Positions 42,321 to 51,858 of a stretch of 64,000 bases of DNA are shown piece by piece (position 1 is the first letter of the stretch; each line of letters begins with the position of its first letter). The notes under the pieces were generated by a model. That model saw nothing but the letters and a program-made list of their open reading frames with translations. It searched no databases and was not told the DNA's origin. This stretch comes from Ignavibacteriota bacterium (GTDB taxonomy: Bacteria; Bacteroidota; Ignavibacteria; UBA10030), in NCBI GenBank assembly GCA_963701295.1, contig OY969585.1:1920001-1984000 (forward strand). The letters run 5' to 3'. Both the position numbers and the translations under genes were made by a program.

Positions 42321-42375
42321 AAAGATAAGGCAGGTTATAGAGACCGGCTTTTTTGATTACCTTTGAAGAGGTTCT

Positions 42376-43600
42376 ATGCAGTTTTCTGAAATTATAAAAA
42401 TGGCTTTGATAGCCATACGATCCAATAAACTTCGTTCGGCGCTAACGCTTCTTGGCATTATCGTTGGAGTATTCTCTATTATCGGAGTTATGACAGCCCT
42501 TCAGGTGCTACAGAAAAGCATTGAAGATGGTTTAAGCGGTCTCGGTTCTCAAACATTCCAGATTCAGAAGCAGCCGGTGATGGCGAATCGGACACAATGG
42601 CTCAAATCATTAAAGTGGAAGGATATACGGTACGAACAGGGACTTATTGTAAAAGAGAGAATGACACTTGCTCAATATGTTGCACTGGAATCATGGAAAT
42701 TTGCACAAACCGTGCAGTATGGATCTTTAAAAACAAATCCGAATGTTCAGATCGCTGGAGAAGAACCGGAAGGAATACCAACGAATAATTGGACAATCAA
42801 AGAAGGGCGTAGCCTTTCAGAGGATGATATGCGATATAGTACCTTTGTAGCCATTATTGGCGATGATGTAGCAAAGAAACTATATCCGCATGGCGGTACT
42901 ATCGGAAGTGAGATTCGCATTGGCGATGGACGGTATCAGGTTATAGGTACGTTTGATCAAAAGGGTTCATCTCTGGGTGGAAATTCAGATAACTTCGTCG
43001 TAGTGACCATTGAGCACGTTTTTGAATAATTACGGCAAACTTCGCAGCATAAATATTATGATTAAGGCGAAAAATGCTGAAGTGTACGATGATTGTGTCG
43101 AGGAAGCTCGCATGCTCCTTCGAACAGTTCGAAATGTTGCACCGGGCCAGGAGGACGATTTTACAATCTTCTCGAACGATTCGTTGATTGATACATTTAA
43201 TGATTTTACGCTCTATGTAAAAATGGGAGTTGGATTTATCAGTTTTGTCTCACTTCTTGCAGCTGGTGTCGGTATTATGAACATCATGTTAGTTTCTGTT
43301 ACAGAGCGCACCAAAGAGATCGGGATTCGGAAGGCTATCGGTGCAAGGCGCTCAAATATTCTTGCTCAGTTCATTACGGAAGCTGTCGTTCTGTGCGAGA
43401 TTGGGGGGATTATCGGTATCGTGCTGGGAGTCCTGGGCGGGAATATAACTGCACTTGCATTTCATTTCCCTCCCGTTTTTCCAGTGGAGTGGGCGCTTAT
43501 TGGATTTGCGCTCACCACATTTGTCGGTGTGGTTTTTGGTGTGTATCCTGCATGGAAAGCTGCAAACCTCGACCCTATTGAATCTCTTCGATATGAATAG
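42376..43600 (+). CDS. MacB/FtsX-type ABC permease 3, split by a +1 frameshift at ~43006
   Basis: ORFs 42376-43029 and 43010-43600 join to VVVPLSTFL if one base is removed; permease 2 reads VIVPLSTFL. Confidence 0.88.
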
Positions 43601-43646
43601 GATAAGAAAGAAAACCGATGAATGTTTTCATCGGCTTTCTTCTTGT
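43601..43646. terminator. Probable bidirectional terminator between convergent genes
   Basis: AAGAAAACCGATGAA-TGTT-TTCATCGGCTTTCTT hairpin. Confidence 0.7.
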
Positions 43647-43704
43647 CAAGAATCTGATCCCGTCCTTTTTGATCTGTTCTCTTGAAAGAGTAACAATCAC
43701 ACTT

Positions 43705-44052
43705 CTAAATCTTTTCAACAACAACCGCCGTTCCATATGCTAGTACTTCAGTGACACCGGCGGCTATTTCCGTCGCGTCATAGCGAAAAGCAAGCACGGC
43801 ATTCGCACCGAGTTCTTCAGCATGAAGTATCATGAGCTCGTATGCATCCCTGCGAGTCTGCTCGCATAACTGGGTGTAGAGGCTGATGTTACCTCCGAAA
43901 AGAATCTGAAATCCAGCTCCGATATTTCCGAGGAGCGATCGCGATCGAACAATGATACCACGAACAACACCAAGATTTTTTACAACACGATACCCGTCAA
44001 GTTGAATATTTGTTGTGATTAGCGTGTGATCCATCCTTGTTTTCTGATTCAT
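43705..44052 (-). CDS. YbjQ family (UPF0145) protein
   Basis: LGVVRGIIVRSR, GANAVL..RYD, EVLAYGTAV; AAGGAG RBS. Confidence 0.92.
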   Translation of the reverse strand: MNQKTRMDHTLITTNIQLDGYRVVKNLGVVRGIIVRSRSLLGNIGAGFQILFGGNISLYTQLCEQTRRDAYELMILHAEELGANAVLAFRYDATEIAAGVTEVLAYGTAVVVEKI

Positions 44053-44077
44053 GGAGTTTCTCCTTTCAATAATAATA

Positions 44078-44581
44078 TTATATGATGCCCGGATGTTTTC
44101 CTCCACCCGCTACAGAGAGATACAGAATGATCATCAAAAGGAGGAATTGGACAAGATAAAACGTCGAAATGCTTTTATTTATAATCTTGATAGTTGCCTC
44201 GGCATCTTCAGGTGCGTTTTTCTCTGATATCCCCTGTATCAATTTTGTACGCCGCCGTACCAGTATAGGTCCGAAGACAGCTCCATTAATAAGAAGAAAG
44301 GCGAAAAGGATAATTTTTGCGATCAGCCATCCGTCAGTGTACCAGAGATTAATATTACCGTTGTACAAGTTGAAAATATTCACGATGCCTGTTAGGAGCA
44401 TGATGATGGAGGCGATGGGAGAAAGCAAGCCGAAGCGGCGGTTGATTTTTCCGACGAAGAGTTTCTGATTCCATTCCTTCTCCGCCTTCATTCTCCGTTC
44501 AAGAATCCATCCCCCTAAAAGCGCTGTGAATAAAAATCCAAAACCAATGAGATGAAAAAGAAAATTGACAGAACCATTCAT
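44078..44581 (-). CDS. Four-TM membrane protein (DUF2269-like)
   Basis: LFHLIG, LLTGI, WLIAKI, C-terminal KHP pattern. Confidence 0.7.
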   Translation of the reverse strand: MNGSVNFLFHLIGFGFLFTALLGGWILERRMKAEKEWNQKLFVGKINRRFGLLSPIASIIMLLTGIVNIFNLYNGNINLWYTDGWLIAKIILFAFLLINGAVFGPILVRRRTKLIQGISEKNAPEDAEATIKIINKSISTFYLVQFLLLMIILYLSVAGGGKHPGII

Positions 44582-44719
44582 AGACACCTCGCTGTCGGGA
44601 TAGTATATGGAATGTTTATCATTGCTGTTCTAAGATAAGAAAATGATTTGATAAAAAGGAAGTGCTCCATTTCTGAGATGAGATTCTCATGAAGAGGAAG
44701 TGGGGAAAAGCGATTCACT

Positions 44720-44751
44720 AAAAAAAGGGCAGTCCGAATATGACTGCCCTT
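44720..44751 (-). terminator. Intrinsic terminator of the CsgG-like gene
   Basis: AAGGGCAGTC..GACTGCCCTT with an A run on + strand (U run on - strand). Confidence 0.85.
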
Positions 44752-44775
44752 ACTGTTTGCTGTTATTTGTTTTAT

Positions 44776-45675
44776 TTATTTCTCTTTATCACGCACGATA
44801 TCACCAACTTGAAAATTGGTGCCTTCAAGCACTTTCGCCTTTGCAGCTTTACCCATCAACGCATCTTCTACAACTTCAATCCTGCCGACCTTTGACTCTT
44901 CAGAACCAAGGATCATTCCAGTGTCTGGATCTTTCACTTCCTCTCCCTTGCGGAACACGAAGAATTCCATGCCTGGTTTCACTTTTCCTTCAGAGCCTGG
45001 TTTCATCAACACCGTACCGTCGGTATTCATTTTCAAAATCTTTCCCGCCCATGGTATCTTCTCCATGTTTTCTGCAATCAGCTTGACACAGCCGTTGATT
45101 GCTTCGCGTGTTGCTTTGCCAATATCGGTATCATTCCATGAATCCTGGTTGCTGAAATCGATATCTTCATAACGAACAGAAATGCCTGTGGAGGACTCGG
45201 TGCCTTCTTCGCTTTCGGCTGCAACAATCTCGCCGGTGTTTGTGTTGATGAGACGAATATCGATAACTGCGCGCGATTGCTTTGTAGAAATTCCGCCGCC
45301 GAGAATCGACATACCACCGCTAATATTACTTTTTTTCTGGCCGAATTCAGTGACACTGCCTACAATAAATAATTCTGCACCAAGAAGCTGTCCAACCTTT
45401 GGTGCGGTTTCCGGTGTGACCATAAAGGAAGTGCCAAATTGTTGCTCTTTGATGATTCGTTCGATCTCCTGCCGCTCGATAACAGCAAACTTGCCGGATT
45501 TCACGAGTGCGGTCACCAGCATATCAGCGATACCTTCGCCGAGCGAGTGATAGCCGCTGCCAGTACGATCTTCAAAACGTGACACCGCTACACGCTTTTT
45601 CAGCTGGGCTTGCGCATGCAGGGTAACTATGAAAAGACAAACGAGTAGGAGACGGAAAAAACGAGAAGCTTTCAT
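44776..45675 (-). CDS. CsgG/HfaB-family protein with C-terminal beta domain (FlgT_C-like)
   Basis: KRVAVSRFED, DMLVTALVKSGKF.VIER, GSVTEFG, IDIRLI.T.TGEI; C-terminal DPDTG..LG. Confidence 0.85.
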   Translation of the reverse strand: MKASRFFRLLLVCLFIVTLHAQAQLKKRVAVSRFEDRTGSGYHSLGEGIADMLVTALVKSGKFAVIERQEIERIIKEQQFGTSFMVTPETAPKVGQLLGAELFIVGSVTEFGQKKSNISGGMSILGGGISTKQSRAVIDIRLINTNTGEIVAAESEEGTESSTGISVRYEDIDFSNQDSWNDTDIGKATREAINGCVKLIAENMEKIPWAGKILKMNTDGTVLMKPGSEGKVKPGMEFFVFRKGEEVKDPDTGMILGSEESKVGRIEVVEDALMGKAAKAKVLEGTNFQVGDIVRDKEK

Positions 45676-45823
45676 ATGATGATCCCTTTTAATTGGTGAA
45701 TAAAAAGTTATGGATTCAATGTTGTTTTTTATGTTGATTAAAATAGGGTTTAGATTTAAAACATGCTAATGCACTGAATGACTTTTAGTGTATTTTTGGA
45801 TTCTATAACGTTGCATCGATTTC

Positions 45824-46396
45824 TCATACATTGCTGTGTGTCTCAATACTGTGCCGGACTTTCCATTCATCGGCAGTCATCCCATAGATGAAGAGATCCA
45901 CATAATGATCATAGAGGAATCCTGCCTGTCGTATTATTCCTTCTTTCATAAAGCCGAGTCGTTTTATAATGGCGCAACTCTTTTTGTTTCCGGTCGCGCA
46001 GCGAATTTGGACGCGATTGAGTTGGTACTCATTGAATGCATAATCTATCAAAGTCTGGCATGATTTTGTGACAATCCCAAATCCTTGATGTTCTGCATTG
46101 ATCCAATATCCTATCTCTACATTTCTATTCATCCAATCGATACGTTGGAATCCGATTACGCCGACAAGCTGCTGATGGAACCAGATACCGCATGCAAAGC
46201 CAAGGTTTTGATCATGCTGTTCATGCGAAGACTTGATGAATGCCAAACTCTCTTCGATGGTCGTATTGGTATCTACCCATGGAAGCCATTGCCGGAGATA
46301 CGAACGATTGTTTTCGACCAAATCAAATAAGGCAGTTGCATCGTCCAACATCAATATTTTCAAAACAATTTCTTCGTCAACTTTGAGGAGAAGCAT
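45824..46396 (-). CDS. GNAT acetyltransferase, RimJ/RimL family
   Basis: YLRQWLPW, EIGYW, QGFGI, N.KS...RLGF.KEG. Confidence 0.92.
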   Translation of the reverse strand: MLLLKVDEEIVLKILMLDDATALFDLVENNRSYLRQWLPWVDTNTTIEESLAFIKSSHEQHDQNLGFACGIWFHQQLVGVIGFQRIDWMNRNVEIGYWINAEHQGFGIVTKSCQTLIDYAFNEYQLNRVQIRCATGNKKSCAIIKRLGFMKEGIIRQAGFLYDHYVDLFIYGMTADEWKVRHSIETHSNV

Positions 46397-46432
46397 TTTT
46401 CATTTCAATGGAGTTTAATATTCAAAATAAAC

Positions 46433-46915
46433 CTAAATCTTATTGCTTGGTGTATTTTTCTGCTGTGGAAAGAATTGAAAAAGTGATATGCCGTAATTCT
46501 GAACGAACAGTAACCACACCCCCAGCATAATCATTCCGGCATTCTCTAAAATTTTAATATGTCCGATTTTGCTAACGTTTGGATCTTGGGTAAAACATCC
46601 GCATGAGATGTCCAGTCCGCGCAGAAGGGCGGAAATTATGAGAATGGTAAATCCAACAAGTATAAAGGTGATTAATAGTGCACTCGCGCGCGGATACAAA
46701 CCAAGAATGAGACTGAGTCCGCAGAGTAATTCCAAAGAAGGGAGAATCGTTGCGATCACCATCGCGAGCGTTGGTCCCACAATTTTGTAGTTAAGAATAG
46801 ATGTAACAAATGCAGCGGGATCAGATATTTTATCTAAGCTTGCAATGACGAATAATCCTCCAAGAAAAACCCGGATAAGAAGAATAAGAATGGTGTTCGT
46901 GAGAATCGATTTCAT
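46433..46915 (-). CDS. MauE/DoxX family membrane protein
   Basis: RVFLGGLF..S..KI.DP..F, LPSLE..G, RGLDISCGCF. Confidence 0.88.
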   Translation of the reverse strand: MKSILTNTILILLIRVFLGGLFVIASLDKISDPAAFVTSILNYKIVGPTLAMVIATILPSLELLCGLSLILGLYPRASALLITFILVGFTILIISALLRGLDISCGCFTQDPNVSKIGHIKILENAGMIMLGVWLLFVQNYGISLFQFFPQQKNTPSNKI

Positions 46916-46975
46916 GTTTTTTACTCGTTGAACTGAAGGCAAGCGAGAATAGAGTATCTCGTCTACCGTAGGATT

Positions 46976-47443
46976 CTATTCTCTATCAATAGACAAATTG
47001 TTTGCTTTCCACTCCTGCCATCCGCCAAAAAAAACTTTCACATTGGTAAATTTCAATTCTATCAATTTAAGCGCCAATTCTATACTGGAATTACATTCAG
47101 CACCGTCGCAATAAACGATAAGCATTTTTTCTTTTGGTATGCTTTCTAACAGGATATGGTGTGTATCAATCTCCTTCAATGCAATGTTGATTGCGCCGCG
47201 GATGTGTCCCGTTTTATACTCGAAGTCATGTCGAGCGTCGACGAAGAGCACATCCTGTGATTCATACAACTCCTTCGCCTTTTCTAATGAGATCATTTCC
47301 AAGTTGGCGGCTGCCGCAGAAAAAGTTGGTTTTTTCTCAGAAAAAAAACCTTGCTTTGTTACAAATGTGTAAGCAAATCCCAGTACCGTTGCTGCGGCGA
47401 TGAGGAATAACACTTCAAGGATTGATTGACGATGCGTCTTCAA
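46976..47443 (-). CDS. Membrane-anchored rhodanese-like protein
   Basis: N-terminal TM, FVDAR...Y..GHIRGA, VYCDGAEC, GGWQEW. Confidence 0.9.
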   Translation of the reverse strand: MKTHRQSILEVLFLIAAATVLGFAYTFVTKQGFFSEKKPTFSAAAANLEMISLEKAKELYESQDVLFVDARHDFEYKTGHIRGAINIALKEIDTHHILLESIPKEKMLIVYCDGAECNSSIELALKLIELKFTNVKVFFGGWQEWKANNLSIDRE

Positions 47444-48129
47444 TTCTCTTTGTTTCCTATATAGGTGACTCGTATTTCAACAAACGGTTGGATCTTGTGG
47501 TTCGTTATAATATAAAAATGTTCATTGGAATAACCGGGTTTATTTGGTACTACTGTTACCTGTATGTTCAGTGTATCGTCTGGCTGTAAAGTTTTCTTCT
47601 CCATGGTAATGGAAATAGATGCCGACGAGACACTGTCTCCTTGAATGGTAATTGGTGATCCTGATACATTCTTCACTGCCACTGTTTGTGTTATAGGTTT
47701 CCCCATCGTTATATTATTCATCCAAAGCATATTTGATCCGCTGATCGGCTGAAGTATTTCTTTTACGTCTGCGAGTAATTTAACAGTTATAAATTGCGAT
47801 GTGGGATCGTTGGTATTGATGTTCACATGCTTTTCTACTTTCCCACGATACCCGGCGGAGTTGAACTCTAATTCTACATCATCAGATTGATCGGGAAGGA
47901 GAAATCCTTTGGGCTGTTTCACCGTTGTGCATCCACATTGCGGTTGAACAGAAAAGATGCGTAATGTGTCGTTGCCAATATTTTTCAGAACGATCTTTCC
48001 TTTTTTCTTTTCACCACCATACATATTTCCAAGATCGACTTCAGGTTTGTCGAGAGAAAGTTTTGGTTGTGAAAAAGCAATGCCGGTGATCAAGAATGTT
48101 AAAATAAAAAAACGATAAATTAGTTTCAT
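47440..48129 (-). CDS. DUF1573 domain exported protein
   Basis: Signal peptide, N.G...L.I..V.PQCGCT, NTNDP; second Ig-like domain. Confidence 0.88.
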   Translation of the reverse strand: MKLIYRFFILTFLITGIAFSQPKLSLDKPEVDLGNMYGGEKKKGKIVLKNIGNDTLRIFSVQPQCGCTTVKQPKGFLLPDQSDDVELEFNSAGYRGKVEKHVNINTNDPTSQFITVKLLADVKEILQPISGSNMLWMNNITMGKPITQTVAVKNVSGSPITIQGDSVSSASISITMEKKTLQPDDTLNIQVTVVPNKPGYSNEHFYIITNHKIQPFVEIRVTYIGNKEN

Positions 48130-48146
48130 AGTTTCATCTCTTTTGT

Positions 48147-49076
48147 TTAGTGAGCTGATGATTGTTTCCACCATACACCCGTCAAGGCCATTTGTTTTAA
48201 TATGGGGGCAACGCGGTAGCGTTCTTCTTGTAAATCAGTATAAAGGGCTGTGAGAACGGCATACACCTGATCCAATCCTATTTGCTCAGCCCATTCGATC
48301 GGGCCCAGCGGGAAGTGCATACCAAGTGTCAATGCTTTGTCAATATCGTCAGGTGCAGCGATGTCTGCTGTGATTGCAAATGCTGCTTCGTTGATGACTT
48401 GGCACAAAATTCGCGGCAGAACCATACCTACTCTATCTTGCACAATCTCAATTTCTTTGTCAATGGAAAGGAAAAACCGTGAAACGACTTCTAAAGTTTC
48501 CATCGGTGTATAAATTGTCGGTGCAACCTCGACCAGCGATTTATTGATAAATGTTGGCAGCGCAGCGATACCAACAAGCCGGTGTTTCCCTGCAATCCAA
48601 GCGGACTGTTCTGTTGCTGTTATAGTTATAGATGAAGAGAGAATTGGTGCAGTCTCTGGTAATGCAGTTGCCAACTTTTCAAGATTCTTTTTCTTTGTGA
48701 GAACATCCATGTTTGTTAATTCAATTGCTATGGATGTATTTTCTGGAATAGTACTTGAAATTATGATGCCGGGAGATAAAGGATTCTGTTTTTTTGTAAG
48801 CGGTTCATTCCATGAAGCGCATACATTGTACCCATGAGCCATGCAAATTCCTGCGTATTGCTCAACCATAGGAGCTTCACCCACCAAATACACGAGGGCT
48901 TTTTCAGATCGGAAACTTTCTTGAAAGCGCGGATCTTCCACTTTCTGTAAGGTATGCTTTTCAGCTAGAAATCTTGGAGTTTTTGCTATATCTTTCTTCA
49001 TGCTCTTTGAGGAAGTTTTTGTAACCTTCGCGGCAGTCTTAGTATTCTTTTCTGGTTTTTTTTTATTCTTCTTCAA
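48147..49076 (-). CDS. 3-hydroxyacyl-CoA dehydrogenase-like protein, degenerate NAD/catalytic domain
   Basis: 3HCDH C-terminal domain (PRILCQVINEA, DIDKA..LG..FPLGP) present; GxGxxG and the H-F-F motif absent. Confidence 0.78.
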   Translation of the reverse strand: MKKNKKKPEKNTKTAAKVTKTSSKSMKKDIAKTPRFLAEKHTLQKVEDPRFQESFRSEKALVYLVGEAPMVEQYAGICMAHGYNVCASWNEPLTKKQNPLSPGIIISSTIPENTSIAIELTNMDVLTKKKNLEKLATALPETAPILSSSITITATEQSAWIAGKHRLVGIAALPTFINKSLVEVAPTIYTPMETLEVVSRFFLSIDKEIEIVQDRVGMVLPRILCQVINEAAFAITADIAAPDDIDKALTLGMHFPLGPIEWAEQIGLDQVYAVLTALYTDLQEERYRVAPILKQMALTGVWWKQSSAH

Positions 49077-49089
49077 TCTAGATGTCCCA

Positions 49090-49950
49090 CTATTTCATTT
49101 CTTCGTAATTGAAGAATCCCTTTGCCGATTTTTTTCCCAATAATCCTGATTCCACCATTTGTTTGAGAATCGGGTGCGGGCGCAGACGCGGTTCTCCGTA
49201 CGATTGACTGTACAATGATTCTGTCTCAGCAAGCGCTGAATCAATTCCCATCTGGTCCATCGTCTCAAATGGCCCTGTAGAAAAACCACCGACTTTTTTT
49301 ACAATATTATCAATCTGTTCTGCATAAGCAACGTTTTCCCCAAGCAAACACAGTGCTTCGCTGAACATTGGAAGTGATATACGGCTAGCGATGAATCCAG
49401 GAGTATCCTTGACGATAATAGAATCTTTTCCTAGCAACTTTGCCCATTCGATGGCTCGATCAAGAGTCTCTGTATTGGTTTTGTAACCCTTCACTACTTC
49501 AACAAGTGCAGCAGTGTCTACTGGATGAAAAAAATGTAAGCCGATGACACGTTCCGGATTTCTTGTCATGGCCGCGATGGATGTGATGGAAAGCGAAGAA
49601 GTCGTACTTGCCAAAACAGCAGTGCTTTTAGTGTTTGCATCAAGGTGTTTGAAGAGATCTTTCTTTACACGAATATCTTCAATGACAGATTCGATGATGC
49701 AATCGCAGTGTCCAAGGTCGGGTAGACTCGTTCGCGTACGGATTCGCTCGAGGGCTGCAGTGAATTCCTCATGCGGCAGTTTCCCCAAGTTGATCATTTT
49801 TCGCAGGTCAGCTTTGATGCGCTCGATCGAGCGGCGTAAAATGGTTTCGTTGACATCGTAAAGCTGTACATCTATTTTAAAAAGGGCGGCAAGTTGGGCA
49901 ATTCCCGTACCCATCGTTCCCGCACCAACAATACCGAGGTGTTTCAACAT
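49090..49950 (-). CDS. 3-hydroxyacyl-CoA (3-hydroxybutyryl-CoA) dehydrogenase
   Basis: GAGTMGTGIA, IESVIED, GLHFFHP, DTPGFI, G.LGKKS.KGF. Confidence 0.9.
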   Translation of the reverse strand: MLKHLGIVGAGTMGTGIAQLAALFKIDVQLYDVNETILRRSIERIKADLRKMINLGKLPHEEFTAALERIRTRTSLPDLGHCDCIIESVIEDIRVKKDLFKHLDANTKSTAVLASTTSSLSITSIAAMTRNPERVIGLHFFHPVDTAALVEVVKGYKTNTETLDRAIEWAKLLGKDSIIVKDTPGFIASRISLPMFSEALCLLGENVAYAEQIDNIVKKVGGFSTGPFETMDQMGIDSALAETESLYSQSYGEPRLRPHPILKQMVESGLLGKKSAKGFFNYEEMK

Positions 49951-50089
49951 AGTTTTCGTGTATCCTTGTAATGATGGAAACATACTCAACAGATGCCGAA
50001 AAAACAACACATGATTATTGTGGAATATGTTTGTATTATAGGTTTGAACAGTAATGCATAATGTTTTTTTATAAAAGATAAATTTTCTT

Positions 50090-51684
50090 ATGGCTTATTT
50101 TAATACTGCGCTCTTTCATGGCCAATCATCCGAGGTTTCAGTTGATACTGTTGTCAATTATAAACTATGGGGATGGGAAGCAATTGTGATGCAGAATGAT
50201 CTTATTACACTTGCCACAGTCCCGGCTATTGGCGGTCGTGTTATGCAGTACCGATCTAGGCGGTCATTCTTCCATTTTCATTAATCCGGATGAGCTTACA
50301 AAAATATACACGCCATCAAAAAATGCAGATTGGCACAATTTTGGGGGGTATAAAACTTGGCCTTCGCCTCAAAGCCAATGGCCTAATACTTGGCCACCTC
50401 CTCCAATACTTGATAGAGGTAATTATACTTCTCAAATCGATTTAATAAAGGAAGATTCAATTTCTGTTCTCGTTGCAAGTCCGGTTGAACAATGGGTCGC
50501 ACCCGGTGTTCAATTTGAACGCAAGGCGACACTATATGCTGGAACAAGTCGAGTTAAGATGGAACAAACCATCATGAACGATGGAACAAGCGCTGTAAAA
50601 TGGGGTATGTGGTCCATCATGCAGTCGATCGTCAACCATCCAGGGGAAACGGATTACGAGAATTTTTGGGCTTATTTCCCAATCAATCCAAACAGCGCCT
50701 ATGGGCAAAGCGGTGCGAACCCTCAAGGTAGTTCCAGTGCATGGAAGGGAGAAGTCGCACCTGGTGTGTATGGTGTCCAGTTTAGTCCTGATAACACATT
50801 AATTTATGCTGATCCGCATAAAGGGTGGATTGCCTATGCTGATCTGCGAGACGGAGTTGTTTACGCTAAAACCTTTAATATATTCGAAGGTGCACCATAT
50901 CCTGACAATGCCCGTGTGACGGTATACGTGAGCGCCAACTTTCCACCAATTTATTTAGAAGTCGAAGTGAAAGCTCCGGTCGTTGAACTTGCTGCAGGCG
51001 GTGGAAGATATACATTTATAGAAAATTGGTGGGCTGCTAAAGTGCGTGCGCCGATGTTGGATATAAATTCAGTTGGTGTCATCGCCGGGAAGCTTTCGTA
51101 CAAATCGGCAACACATGGTTTATCAGCAATGTATGGAGTCTTCTATAAAGGAACTGCTCGAGTGGTGTGTATCAATGCACTTGGCCGGATTTTAACAGAA
51201 GGTACTTCGGTTCCGGTTTCACCGCTGGCAGAATTTCAGCTTCAAGAAATAATTGATATTCCGGTCAATGCAAAAACAATTGAAATTCGGATTTATGATA
51301 CTCACAATACGCTGGTGGGTATCTTGGACAGTGCAGATGTCTCAGAACTTTTAACCGGTCGCAACGCTGTGAACTCAGGCAAGCCTTCGAAGTTTTGACT
51401 CGTGCAGAATTTTTCGAATCTATTCAATCAAGGCACATCCATTGCAGATGAGCTACCCGAACAATTATCAGTGAAGGTAATAATTTATAATTTACATGGA
51501 CGTGAAATAAAAACATATTTGTTGATTGACAAATCTATTGAGGTATCACGAACTACTATAGGATGGAACAAACGATCGGGGCTTTTCATTTTCAAGTGAA
51601 ATATAAGTTTATATGGTACAAGCAACATCATTGAAAGAAGAAAAAATCTTTGATAAGTCGGCAAAAATGACACTCTTAAAATAA
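50090..51684 (+). pseudogene. DUF4380-like secreted protein gene with a frameshift (~50251) and a decayed T9SS CTD
   Basis: VPAIGGRVMQY|DLGG split by +1; NFGGYKTWPSPQ core; TGA at 51396-51398 followed in frame by LVQNFSNLFN..IYNLHGREIK; terminal KMTLLK* in another frame. Confidence 0.7.
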
Positions 51685-51858
51685 AACTCAATGACACCGT
51701 GATTTTCGAAATATTGAAAAAAGAAAGCGATTACTTCTGCTGTTCTCTCATTGATTTCTCTCTCTTGAATCTATGTGTTATCCATTGATAAACAGGCAGC
51801 GTAATGCCGGATGCAAAACCGATGACGGAAAAGTATTACAAAATATAGTGCGCTTTAT

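Noticed and set aside
3240-50260. Programmed frameshifting in coaE, permease 3 and the DUF4380-like gene
   Set aside because: All three are fixed by deleting one base, share no slippery motif or stimulator, and belong to unrelated genes; sequencing indels are more parsimonious.
51396-51398. In-frame TGA as selenocysteine or readthrough
   Set aside because: Not a Cys-equivalent position, no SECIS-like hairpin seen, and the downstream CTD has further lesions.
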